In this document: positions 13,582 through 25,991 of the stretch, piece after piece
Layout: each line of letters starts with the position of its first letter
How positions within the stretch are numbered: position 1 is the stretch's first letter
From: Balanoglossus misakiensis
Lineage: Eukaryota > Animalia > Hemichordata
Length of the DNA: 64,000 bases
Direction: 5' to 3'
NCBI GenBank assembly: GCA_040954595.2
Contig: CM082587.2
Coordinates: forward strand, 2,984,275-3,048,274
Made by a program: the position numbers and the translations under genes
The notes under the pieces: model-generated
What the model was told of the DNA's origin: nothing
The model's database searches: none
The model's input: only the letters and a program-made list of their open reading frames with translations

Positions 13582-13725
13582 CACGGTATCACAACAATTC
13601 CTGTCTATCAGAGACGACAATGAAACCACAAAGTACCTGTGTCATTTACGTGTTTTCAATACCAGAGTTGGGCGAATGCGACGCGCTACAGCTGTAGCCC
13701 TTTCATTTGATTCGCCACTGTTTGT

Positions 13726-13735
13726 TGCCACGTCA
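13726..13735 (-). promoter_or_regulatory. UPRE/CREB3-XBP1-type site TGACGTGGCA upstream of GORAB
   Basis: tgccacgtca on + (TGACGTGGCA on -), ~145 bp upstream of the GORAB ATG. Motif match only. Confidence 0.35.
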
Positions 13736-15836
13736 ACTAGAACAGGAGAGTCTGATTTTGACGCTGAACAAAGCGAACATTCGAGTGTCACAGGCACATA
13801 CTTCTGTAGAAACGTTAGTTCTGGATGTGTGCGGTTCCCGTATCAGCTGCAGTTGTACACAAAACACAGACAAGGAGTCAAGCAAGATATCTCGATGGAC
13901 TTCAAGCATTATAGGGCGCGGCCATTTTGAAATTGGCGTCTCGTATCAAGCGAGACTGGTAGATCTCGTACATTGCGAGAGCTGGAGTCGCTTGTCCCGT
14001 GATGCTAAGGGGGAATCCGTTCAGTTTCGTATAATAAATTAAAAAGAAAAAGAAAATTCGTTGGAGAACGCCATCTGTTCATGATCCAGTGATGTGCCAA
14101 CCATCAATATTGAATTGAACTGAATAAAATTTTTGGTTATGAAGATTTTCTCAGCTCAACTCCCTCTCTTTAAATTTTCACACATGTTGAAAGTTTCACA
14201 CAACAAATTCTCAGTAGACACAAACCTTGGATTGTCCAAAGGAAAAAACATTTATTCAGAAATATGAATATACTCTTAAACTAAAAAAGTACACAGCCTT
14301 CTTCACAAATAAAATTCAGTGTGAACTCACATAAAATAAAGACAAGAAAACAATATTTTCTAAAACATATATGTTCTAAATTCTTTCTAAATCATTTCTG
14401 CAATTTTTTATTCCTTTTCTTATTTCCAAAGTAAAATTAAGTTTTGAAGAGAAAATCTCATATTTTCCATTTTATGATTTTTCTTTTAAATTTCAACATT
14501 TATTATTTTTAGATCTATTTGTTTATATACAAATATTGCCCCAGTTTAATTTTCAATGATTAAAGAAAAAAATATGAGTTTTAGACAAAGGACAGTGATT
14601 TTCACTGGCAATAAATCTTTTCATGTTAGACATAAGATGTTTATATTTGGCACAGAACCTAAAAAAGGAAGAAAACCTATAAAGGTTTTAAGTTGTTTCA
14701 ATTACAAGCAGGCTTTGTTCTGTGAAATACCCAATGAGTACACTAGCTGTTGACATCAACAGCCTTGGATAAATATTATAACATAAAGAACACTTTATGG
14801 TCACCGAAATGATAGCTATTTGAAAGAACATAGATCACCTGTTAAAACAAAATTACTCAAGCAAACATGTTATGAACATGTCATATCATAGTTTTACCCT
14901 AAACGGAAATTCGTAGATACATTTACACAAAATTTCCCCATGATTAACCAACCACCTTTGAAAAAAGTACATGTATCCAGTTTACATTGAGTTCAAACAC
15001 AAGACAAGAAAACAAGGCACCTGAATAATAGCATTTGACATTAATTTTACCAAAAGTGACTGATTTCTTATTGCTATTCAAATATGCCTAGAAAGAATAG
15101 AAAATTAATAGTACATGTAACTCCGTCTCAATTTATTGCTTGATATTTACAAATCCTTCAACACACCGCAAAAGTCAGGCCATTCTATGACCCGACTTCA
15201 ATATTCTGCACCTCCCAGAATCACTTACTCTCAATCATGTACATTGTACACACTTGCATAACACCAAGGTCTCCAGTATACAGGAATACACAGATGCAAC
15301 TTCGAAGGTGGCCCCAAAAAACATGATATGCTCAGAAAATTTACTTCCGTCAAGGAAACACTTCTTGTGCGTACATACGCTGTCGTTTTTAAATCTTAGT
15401 TTAGGAAAATATCAAGACATTTCCACAGTATTTTGCTGTGGGGTGTACTGTATTCATAGCAACACATCATTTACAGCAGATGGTGACTCGGTCTGTCCAG
15501 CACTCTTTGGTTGGGGGTTAGAACCCAAGCTGGACTTATATTTGCATATTAATCGGCAAATGTGCTTATCCGCCAGTTAAATCATCTGAAGAAAAATGCT
15601 GTTGGTACTTTAATTCATGTATTTCACCTCTCTACACTATTTGCAAATTTCTCACTTTTTTTTATAACAGCCAGCCAGCTGGTTGTGTCATGTGATCAGT
15701 GTCAAAGGTCAAGCCACAGTCAGCTGTCTGGGTCAAAGGTAATACATGTACTGTACTGCATCGCATCACTGTGCTGTGGACATATTCCTCTCGGAAAATA
15801 ACAAAAATAAAAATCTCCCAAAATGCAATTGCCACT

Positions 15837-18800
15837 CTACGGCGACTTCCTTTTAAGCCTCTGTGCCTTCGGCGATGTGTTGACTGTTTTGTTTTCGGTG
15901 TTGTCGCTGGTTAAAATATCTTTTAGTGCGGGCGATGGGTCCGAGTCGGTGTGTTTGACATGGACGACCTTGGTATTCATGACTTCGCAATCAATCTGCA
16001 TCATCGAGAAGTGATGGTCAGGTGTCTCCAACAAGGTTTCTGTAAACAAATGACAAACAACATTCAAATTTATTATTGATCCAAAACATTAAACGCTTAT
16101 GGCAGAAAGGTAATGCAACTCACTGTTGAGGAGGGAACAATATCAAAAATACTTAAATAATACACAGCTTACAGAAACCCTTGCAGGTATTTAAATACAG
16201 ATAAATTATTGATCCAAAGGCATACACTCACCATTCATTCCAATGGCCGGCATGACAAGAGACATCTTTGGTCTTTGAGTAGAATTGTGAGCTGTGGCCG
16301 GCAGCAATAAGTGATCCTGAATGAAAAAAACAAGACGTGAATACCCTACACAATTGATGTTTAGCACAAGACTACCAGTCTTCAAAAAAGCCTCAGAGAG
16401 ATGTAATACATGTATAATCATATACTGGACCCCCATCCCTATACATACCTTTCTAAAGGAGACCACATAGAAGGTATCGTTTCTGCGGTTAAGCGCCTCA
16501 ATGAAATTGTTGTAGGATTTTTCAAAGAGATGGTCGTACACCTGGAGTGAAGTCTCGTCCACATTTACATCTGGCAACTTCGGACTGTTAGTCCTGATTC
16601 TGGATTTCATGGTCTTCTTCTTCTTCTTGAACAACTAGAGGAGAAATCAGGGAGAGAACTAGTCAATGAAAAAGTGATGTATGATGATTGCTGAAATAAT
16701 TTCATACTTTATACACAAGAGTGTCAGGTAGTGTAGAGATGTAAGTGACCAAAGATAACAATCTGGTCAAGGGTAATATTTAAGAAGATGAAATAGGCAT
16801 TGCCATTACCTTATCCCTGAAATCCTGTTTCTTCTTCTCTTGCAGTTCCGCTTCATGGCCATGTACCCATCCAGTGAGTTGATCCACTAACCTGTGTGTG
16901 CAGAATTCATTCATAGATATTAAAACATGTAATGGTGGGTGAGAAATTAAGCAAGACAGTGAGAATTTATTTTTGGAGTCTGATTTACATTCTGTGTTGA
17001 ATACTCAAGTCATTAAACCTGTATTAATTGAATAAAAGAGCTAAAAATCTCACCTCACTGTATCAGTTGTGTTAAACAGAGCACAGGCGGGCAGCAACGT
17101 TCGATTTAACATCGCCGGCACATCCTTCAACACCATCAACTCTTTGGAGTCTGGGTCCGAGTGCCTGGACAGGTTTCGAACAGACTGGATGGTGTACCTG
17201 ATGACATCATCGATATTTGGGCTGCTGGGAATGGTGTGGTCGCTTTGGTGGTCCTCCTCGTCGAAGGACAGCAGCGCCCTGCCTTGGTGGGACGATGACA
17301 CATAGTCTGATTGACTTATTAAACTGGAAAGAAAAACAAGAACAATAAATCATGAGAGATTTTTTTCACAATCGAATTGTGATTTCAAGGCTGAAACAAA
17401 TCTCTGGAACATAAATAAGAGAGAGGCACCTACCTAAATGGGGCAAGGTTGATGGCAAAGAAAAATGCAAACGCAAGTAGACAGGCTGTCCTCTTCCTGG
17501 GTTGTGGAAGTATTGATTGTCCGCTTCGGAGTTTTTCATTCTGAAATGTAAGCAAGAACAACATTTGTATCACATACAGAAAACAACTATCACTGAATGC
17601 CAGTGAAAACAATGAAATTTTTGTTCTGGTTAAACTGTACGATACTATCACAATACTTGAAATTACTTCTCACCTCTTTCTGCAGGGCAATGATCTTCTT
17701 CCTAAGTGCTTCATTTTCTGATCTGAGTTTTTCATTCTCCGCCGAGAAATCGTGTAGTGTGCCTTCTAAACCTTGCAAGTACTGTAATAGAGGAATATGG
17801 GAATGAGAAATGTTTTTCCCTGAATTGGATACTACACTCATAATAAAGGAATCTTCAAAACTGAATCTGATTTTACAAAATCCTGACATGTGACTCACCT
17901 CTTTCTTTTTCTTTCTTGATAAACAAGCTGACTCTCTGTTCTTTATCATTCTCTGCTGCCTTTTCCAGGCCTTTACCTACAGAATGGGGGTAGACGTAGT
18001 TGTCATTATGAGTACATGAAAATATTAAGAACTGCCCTCTATGGACCAGGTGGACAAATGCACACAGCAATGTGGTGAAATAATAATCGAGGGGCAACTT
18101 ACATCTACGTTTTTTGGTGGTGCTGTTGTGATCGGCACGCTGACCCCATTGCAACCAGGAGTAACGATTTTGCTTTGCTTCACCGGAGGCTGGTAACTAA
18201 CACCGTTCAGCGCTGTGGGTAGTACTTTGATGTTCTTGGCTTGGACTATGGGCTGTGTTGCTACGGTGACTGGAGTAAACAAAGAGAGAAAAGCATGCCC
18301 ATGGGTAAGCGGCCACGAATGGGTAAAATGACTAATATTCACACTGCTGTGAATAAACGTAAAGAAGATAAATTGTTCTGAATTATTTCTGTATTTCTCA
18401 CAGACCAATGAAAGCATAAAAGAACAGATGTATTGCAAACTCACCAGGAATTTGTTTCAGCGTTATCGTCTGTGGTGGTACTGTTGTGGTTGTTGCTGTT
18501 GGTGTCTTCACTGCCGTGGGTTCTAGCTTTGGCAATATGGTGGGCTGTGCGTTGACTGGCTTGGGCAATATGGTGACTTTGTTCTGTTGTACAGGTACTA
18601 TGGTCGTTACGACGGCTGGCATTGCACTGGGTACTGCTGGGGCGGTCGTGCTCGGCACTGAGAATAACGCTGCCAGCTGGTCCTCTTCCCTTGGCGGAGT
18701 GAGGGGAGGCGACTCGAGTTTGATGTCAAACTGGTCCGATGTCCCAAACCCATTTTCCGACGTCCCAAACCCATTTTCCGACATCCCAAATCCATTTTCC

Positions 18801-21800
18801 GACGTCCCAAATCCGTTTAAGAGTTGAGGTAACGACTCCGACGAGAGATCAGAGCAGGAGGAACCAGATGGGGAATGTGGCTCTTGTTTAATGATGATAC
18901 CTAAGCATAGAAAATATGTCACTGTCAAACTGGTTCTAATATTAATTTGTTAGACCATGGTAAATATCCCTGTAACTATCCCCCTTTCATTAGGTGCTTT
19001 CATAAAATCATAGCCTAAATCAGTCTTTTTGAAAGCCCTTTCTAACATACTGCACTCTCCGATATCACCTCGCTGCCTAAATAGTGACCATATGTATATG
19101 TATATGTAACATACGTGGCAGGATTAATATGGGATTTTGTTATTTTTACACAACGACATTTCTATAGTAATTTTTTAGTTCGGACAGGTACTCTTCTCAC
19201 TGGAAAAAAAGTATTTCGCACCTGATTTGACAACATAACATTCCTTACTCACCATCTAAAAAATCATCTGTGTGAATAGGTGAATCCCATGGTTCAGCGC
19301 TGAGGTCTGAACTGAACGCATCATTACTGTCGCACGTGAATGGACTGCCCGAGTCGTCTACAACACCTTCCAAGTCTGGTAACTGAAGACAAAGATATAC
19401 ACGTAAAAATGATGAATATTGAAATTGTCTGTGCTGGTGAAAATAAATGCATATTTTTTCGAAGTTTGAAAAAACTTACAATTTCTGTTTCTCAACATCA
19501 GCTCAACGTTTAAGCTCTGCCAAATAAAATATTATTCTAGAGATTTGCATACAGGAAATGCATGATAATATTCATGTACCAGATGGCTTGTCAGTTAACG
19601 ATATACCAGCAATATTTTAACATAAAAAAGAGGATGGCATAATTATTTGTAAAATGGCTTTTCTCTAATGAATGAGAACTAAATGGCTCAAGACAATTTG
19701 ATTTTAGTACCCACATGTAATCTGTCTCACTTCGTTTACACTCTCAACCACAATTGCAAATACAAAATGTTCAATTCACAGCACATTCACACGTGTAACA
19801 GCTGCTTAATGAAATCTCTTATTTTCCATTCATTCTACCAGCATCTAATTGTGCTTGGTCTAAAGCTGTAAACTATCTATTCTTTATCAACACACACATG
19901 GCACTTGGGCTAAGATGTTATCTCACCTTGAGATCTGGAATTTGTTGAATCAATGTATCCTCTGTCAATGGTTCAAAATCTTTGAGATCAGCTCCTGTAG
20001 ACACAGAAATGTGCAAAAATGAAAAGGGGGGTTAGTTTTCTCTGGTATGAAAAATCCAAGTATTTACACAAAATCAATTTACAAAATAAATGTGTAAGAA
20101 GAAAATGCTTTTGTTTTCTACTGACATCTGTGCCATATTTGCACCTTTACATTTTCAAACAAATTTTCTCTCCAGTCTCGTATTCTTTTTGTTTTCTACT
20201 GTACAAATGAGAGACTTCCATCTTCATTGTTGTGGCTATTCTCACATACAATAAGGGCCATTCACACATCTAATATGAGACAATCACAGTATTCAGTACA
20301 GTCAATTATCTTGCTTTTGTTCTAGGTTTTATTTGGATTTTACAGAAACTTGAAATCAGCTCGAACCATCTGTTTCAAATTTTATTCATGTCAAGTTTAT
20401 GTATATTTACATAAAAAAAACCAAGATAATTGTCTTTGTGAAGATGTACTCAACAATGTGGTGGTGTCATGTGGTGTGTGTAAATGGTAAAGACGGTGAT
20501 GCAAATGTACGACCCTGTCTTCAGTATAGAATGAATTTAAAAGTCAACTGCTTTGTGTAATCAAGGCTAATGGTTAACAATTTGCCATCACCGTCTCGTA
20601 GATTTCAACACTGGGTCAACAAACATGCAACCTTGCTGTGGAATAAAAAGGTTAGCATCACTGAAAAAATTACAAAATGTTACAGGTACTGTTATCTCTA
20701 ACAATAACATTTGAATTGCATAACATATTATAATTAAATTAATTGAATTTAACAGAACATATTTTATAAATGTTTTGTAAATTGACTATTCCAACGATCA
20801 CAGTACCCACATATGGAAAATCTACATAACCAGCAACAAAATAGAGGAGAGAAAAAGTGTGTTTTTTACTACAATTGTATTTTCCTGACCATTTGATGAA
20901 AGGGATCTCCTCTGTAGATTGCAGTGGCAAGAGAAATGAATCACTTCATCATTGTTGTAAAAAAAAAAGCATGATGTAAACATCAATGGTGGTAAGGTTC
21001 AAAACATAATTAAAGCTGCAAGCAGCGTTGAAGGGGCCCAAGCATAGAGTTAATAACCATTAGACTCCATTCAGGGTTGTACCATTCAAATGCGTAGGCT
21101 GTATTTGCTCTGGATATAGAGATATGGGGAAGTAGGCAACCACCCGAAATGGATGTCTTACAAGTACAAACACAACAACCAAAGGTGAACTTCTACGTTG
21201 TAAGTACTTCAGTTAGTATACTTCAAAGGTCAGCTGAGGGTACCCAAAAATTGGGCCAAAAATTAGGATTCTTATTTGGTTCATATTCAAGACAACGGAA
21301 AATCCTCGCTGTTTGGGTTTGTCAAATTAGATATGGCCATAATAATGAGTTACGCGAGTAAGTTACAGGTAGCCCCAGGAATTTAGCATTTCATGACGCA
21401 AAGGGTCCTACTCTACCCCTCCAAACACCTGGCTATATATGATGTGCGTGCTAACATATTGAAAGCAGGTCAATGGACACCTGAGGTCACCCAAAAATTT
21501 GACAAAAAAAATTCATTCATGTTTATGTCATGTGCAACAAATCCTACATTTGCAGCCTTTTCACTTTGCCTACCATTAGGTATGCACGTAATACATGAAT
21601 CAAGCAGGTGTCGCAGGTATCCCCCTGTATTTGATATTTCATGATAGTTTCATCCCTCCAAATAACAAAGCTGCACCTGTACAACGGGCTGAGGTATGGC
21701 ACTGTGCGACAGAGGTCATCCAAATCAACTTATACATTTGGGCAAAAACAAACTGACACTTACATTCGTCCCCGTGGAACAAAAACCACACATATTGCCC

Positions 21801-23713
21801 TGTTGGTTAGTGTCCAATTAAATGTACAAAATCAATGACTTAGGCAGGTGGAACAGGGGACCCCGCCTTTGGTATATCATTATGGCCCCATCCGTATATG
21901 CCCCCCCCCCCCAACGCCAAAGCTGCATGCATCTGCTGTGGATGCAAACTAAGCAAAAGTAGGTGAAATGTCATATAAGGTCGCCCATAACTTGACAGGA
22001 AAATCGGACTTCAAATTGATCCATGTGCAACAAATACCACGCTAGCATCCCTTTCATTGACTCCACAATTACGCATGCACATAATTGAGTTACACAGGTG
22101 TCACAGGTGACCCCCGAATCGGGCGTATTACTAGTATTTTGGTCCCGTACAGCTGCATGAAGCTGCGTGCCATTACGGGCGACCTGATAACCCCCACGGC
22201 CACCTGCGGGCCGACCCCCATACTGAACGTTCAGTGGCAACGTCACGACTGAAGTAGGAACTGTTGAACGGCAAAGAAGCCTGATCTCTGATTATTGCTG
22301 GTACCATACACCCTACGTGCAAGAAAATCACTGGTCTGCTGACGTATTTCGGCCACATTAGCGACTGAGGGTCAAAGTCCGCCGCCGCATTACATTGAAT
22401 GTTAACCAGTGTTGCCGGGTCTGGATAGAAACATTTGAACGGCATTAGCTAACAAACTCAGCGTAATTCAATAAACGCCCTAACACAGCCTTAACTCCGA
22501 TAATGTGTTGTCCCAAAATTCATTCCGTGGAAAATAATCACTGGTCAATTTACGTATTTCAGCCGATTTTCCCAGGACTACTGCAACCCGCCAGAAGTGA
22601 GTAGCCTGCTAATGAGATCTCCACAACATTATGTAATGACGGTCAAAGTCCGATGCCCCAGTGTCCATCCTCAGCCCACCAAAAAATGCGAAAAATATTA
22701 CAAAAATCTTCTTCTCAAAATCGACGTGGCCTAGGACCTTGAAATTTGGCACAGGGGATTTTGGCCACATGGTCTACAAAAATCGCGAAAAGAAAGTACA
22801 TGCCCCCATTAACGTGCAAATTAGGTCAATTTGAAAATTTCGCTCGATTATAGCCACCAAGTAACGTGACTAATTACAAATTCAAAGGACAGGTGCACCA
22901 GTACTCATGGGCCCCAACCATCGTGCCAAATTTCAAGGTCCTAGGCCACGTCGATTTTGAGGAAAACGGGAGCAAAAAAACGACTCAAGAAGAAAGAAGA
23001 AAAACTCCAGCAATAACAGAAGGGGACCAAGCGCCTGAGGGCGCTTGGTCCCCTAAAAATACTGCCAACGATTCCACACTACCGTGTCTCATCACGCGCC
23101 TCACTCTCGCCCCAAGGAGTGAATAATGAGCCTGGCCCCTTGAAGATGAAAGGGCCCCACCCCATTCACAGTTAGTAGGTTTCAATGGGGAAACCTTACA
23201 ACATTTTATATTTTGGTTTCCAATACAGGATGGAGAAATACTAGTACGTTCTTTAAGCCGAATAAATAACATACACCATGCTAATATTTCTTACAATGCC
23301 CCTATGACCCTTTAACAACGCTCAACGTTGTTTACAATGCATACATTCGTGATACCGGTACATACGGTATGTAAACATGCTGGGAAACTCCCATATGCTA
23401 ACGAAAAGAAAAACATTTACTTTATAACGCGATCCAACCTTTCCAATATACCGAAATAAATTGCGTTTTAATTATCAAGGTAAATCTTTTATGCATAGAT
23501 GTTGTTGACATACTCTGTCCTCAGTTGCGAAATTCTGAGCAACCAGGAAATAATACTTGTAATCCTGTACTGAGAAAGATCAACATGGATGATAGGAAGC
23601 CATGTCGTGTGCTGACTGGTTGTGTATCGCTGTTACTTACCCCAGTCGTCTAGCGACAGGAAGTTATCGACCAGGAAATTCTGGTCTGCCTCTGAAACAA
23701 AGTCTAGGGCCAT
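15837..23713 (-). CDS. ATF6: ATF6 bZIP transmembrane ER-stress transcription factor (~13 coding exons)
   Basis: Exon 1 23641-23713 encodes [24 protein letters not shown] (ATF6-type N-terminus). Exons 19927-19994, 19253-19382, 18445-18900, 18103-18269 and 17899-17976 follow, with basic region [22 protein letters not shown]. Downstream: leucine zipper, TM segment [18 protein letters not shown]1P site RALL, luminal motifs [30 protein letters not shown] and [11 protein letters not shown]. Confidence 0.95.
18735..18818 (-). repeat. Coding minisatellite, 4 x 21 bp, encoding (NGFG[T/M]S[E/D])x4 in ATF6
   Basis: Units starting 18735, 18756, 18777 and 18798 (tccgaYRtcccaaaYccRttt). Translation [28 protein letters not shown]. 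Confidence 0.93.
21012..23056 (-). mobile_element. Non-autonomous Helentron/HINE (DINE-1-like) element in ATF6 intron 1
   Basis: One end has a 15-bp perfect palindrome aggggaccaagcgcc-tgag-ggcgcttggtcccct (23021-23054). The other end has a matching subterminal motif aaggggcccaagca (21031-21044) next to a short hairpin gctgc-aa-gcagc (21015-21026). Flanks are A/T-rich, no TSD was seen, and there are internal repeats but no transposase ORF. Confidence 0.7.
22714..22961. repeat. Perfect 39-bp inverted repeat with 170-bp spacer inside the HINE-like element
   Basis: ctcaaaatcgacgtggcctaggaccttgaaatttggcac (22714-22752) is the exact reverse complement of 22923-22961. Confidence 0.95.
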
Positions 23714-24089
23714 TTCTGTGGACAACAACCACAAGTGTGGTAAGAAAATTCAGCAACCCCAAGCAACACAGACTGTTTTTCTCGAATCTATTGCCAGCCT
23801 GGACGCGTTGAACGCGAGTGGTATCCCATCATTCCATTGGACGTAACCATGTTATTTATAGGGGCCCCAGAGATATGTTTCTTTTGTTTTATATATTCTT
23901 TCGCATCGTATCGTGGCTAAAACCACAGAATTGCCTAAATCAAATTATTTCATAATAACATTGCATATTATAATTATTATGTATTTCTCAAAATCAAACG
24001 GAAATTCTATTGCCCTTCTTTATTTACCCACAAAAATGGACGTAGTGAATTCAGCCGTCATCGCCAGACACTTGGTGGCGCTTTCCAAA
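23714..24089. promoter_or_regulatory. Putative bidirectional promoter ATF6/EXOSC2
   Basis: Head-to-head ATGs 376 bp apart. CCAAT on - at ~23836-23840 and a YY1-like aaaatggcc over the EXOSC2 start. Confidence 0.6.
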
Positions 24090-25991
24090 ATGGCCGTCGA
24101 TATTCGTCTGCCACGAAAGAGGAAGCGTGGTGATGTTGCTACGGAACCGATGGGGCTTGTTAGTCCAGGTGATGTCATAACATCAGAGACAGGGTTCATG
24201 AGGTAAGGTGTATATAGAAAGAGATGCAGGAAAAGTTACAGTAACAGCCCAAAGGCTCGATCATGGTTGATATTCCTACACGACAAGTCGATCATTGCTC
24301 TACATTAACAATAACATTGCAGTTTGAATGTCCACCATCATCATCATCATCATCATCATAACTTTTCTTGTGTCATTTAAATTTGCAGGGGACATGGTAC
24401 TTATATGGAAGATGATAAGCTTCATGCGTCTGTGGCTGGTGTCATAGAGAGAGTCAATAAATTGATCTGTGTTCTGCCACTCAAATCTAGGTATGGATGA
24501 AGATAACTGCATGATACTTTATACAGATGATCTATCAGACGTCTACTTTCCATCTTACAGCTGATTATGCAATAAGCCAATCATTATTTCTTGAAATTGA
24601 ATAGTAGCGCAGTATTGGCAGAATACTTAATTTAGTTATACTTTCTTTCTTAACAGGTATAATGGTGAAGTTGGTGATGTGGTCGTTGGTAGAATAACAG
24701 AGGTACAGTGATCAGTCTGTTTCAGTAATCTGAGAAATATGACTACCACAAGCCAATAGGTGAATTTTTGATGATTTTAAGTATTGTATGTACTCTTTCA
24801 TTCCAGGTTGGTCAAAAAAGATGGAAAGTTGATACCAATTCTCGCCTGGATTCTGTTTTGATGTTGTCGTCTGTCAATCTTCCGGGGGGTGAGTTGAGAA
24901 GAAGGTCGGCTGAAGACGAGCTGATGATGAGACAGTACCTGTCAGAAGGTGATCTCATCAGTGTATCCTTTCTGAAATACTGCTCTTGCAAATGTCATGC
25001 TTTTCCCAGCATTGAAGTTTCTCTACTCACAACAGTTTACCTCAGGGCATTTTCCGTAACCATAGAAACCACAGGCTGAGGTGCAGTCTGTATTTTCAGA
25101 TGGTGCTCTTTCGCTTCACACAAGAAGTCTCAAGTATGGAAAGGTACAGTGAAATATTTCACCCATACCAGTATCATTATCTGCCCCTCAAACTACACGT
25201 ATCATTTTTATGTCATCATAACGTGTCTCCAAGTGGTGATTAAGTTCACTATGAAGTGTCTCTAACATTAATGAGACTGGTTGAATTCTTCCAGCTGGGA
25301 CAGGGTGTGGTACTGAAAGTGTCGCCCTCACTCGTCAAGAGAAGGAAAACCCACTTCCACAATATGACATGTGGTGCCTCAATCATCTTAGGAAACAACG
25401 GCTACATATGGATTAGTCCAACAGTGGAAGAAAAGGATTCAGAAACTGCTGGTGGATTTGTACAAAACCTAGAGGTAAACGACCTAGCTTACACAAGGTA
25501 TAGTATTGTCATTATGTGACCATAGCCCTTCAATATGTAACGGCAAAGATGTGACTGAAATTATTACATTGGAAAGCTTGCTAGTTATTTTCCATTTTGC
25601 TTCACACAGCCTGTTGCGTTGCAAGACAGAGAGGTCATTGCCAGACTTCGGAACTGCATAGTTGCTTTGGGTGACAACAGAATGTTGCTGTTCGATACCA
25701 GTATACTCTACACCTATGAAGCATCAATGAAATACCAGGTAAAGTACTGTACTGCCAAAACCTTGTACTTTCTAGTTGTGAGGCCATACTCCACCAGTTG
25801 AATTCAGAATGTTTCTCATTCTGTTATACACTGATAATTTAGAGCCATGCACACTCCTGAACTAAAAGTTTGAATGGTACCAAAATTAATCTAAATCTAA
25901 TCTTTTCCAGATCAATGAATTACTAAAACCAGAAATCATGGAAGAAATTGTAGATTTGGCAAGACAGCGATTGGAGCAGGAAGCATCATAG
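24090..25991 (+). CDS. EXOSC2: Exosome complex component RRP4 (8 coding exons)
   Basis: Exons 24090-24202, 24389-24490, 24657-24702, 24807-24962, 25075-25143, 25295-25474, 25610-25738, 25911-25991. Motifs PGDVIT...GFMRGHGTY, RYNGEVGDVVVGRITEV, LSSVNLPGGELRRRS, AEVQSVFSDGALSLHTRSLKYGKL and ILGNNGYIWI. Confidence 0.96.
24963..25074 (+). other. U12-type (minor spliceosome) GT-AG intron in EXOSC2
   Basis: 5' splice site GTATCCTTTC. Branch-point-like TTTTCCGTAAC at 25050-25060, ~15 nt before CAG, with no polypyrimidine tract. Splicing joins GDLIS|AEVQ in frame. Confidence 0.9.

Noticed and set aside
13490-14042. 146-aa and 111-aa plus-strand ORFs upstream of GORAB
   Set aside because: They overlap the GORAB first exon and promoter antisense, with no recognisable domain or splice structure.
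24505-24575. Intronic C/D box snoRNA in EXOSC2
   Set aside because: CTGA is present but there is no proper RTGATGA C box.
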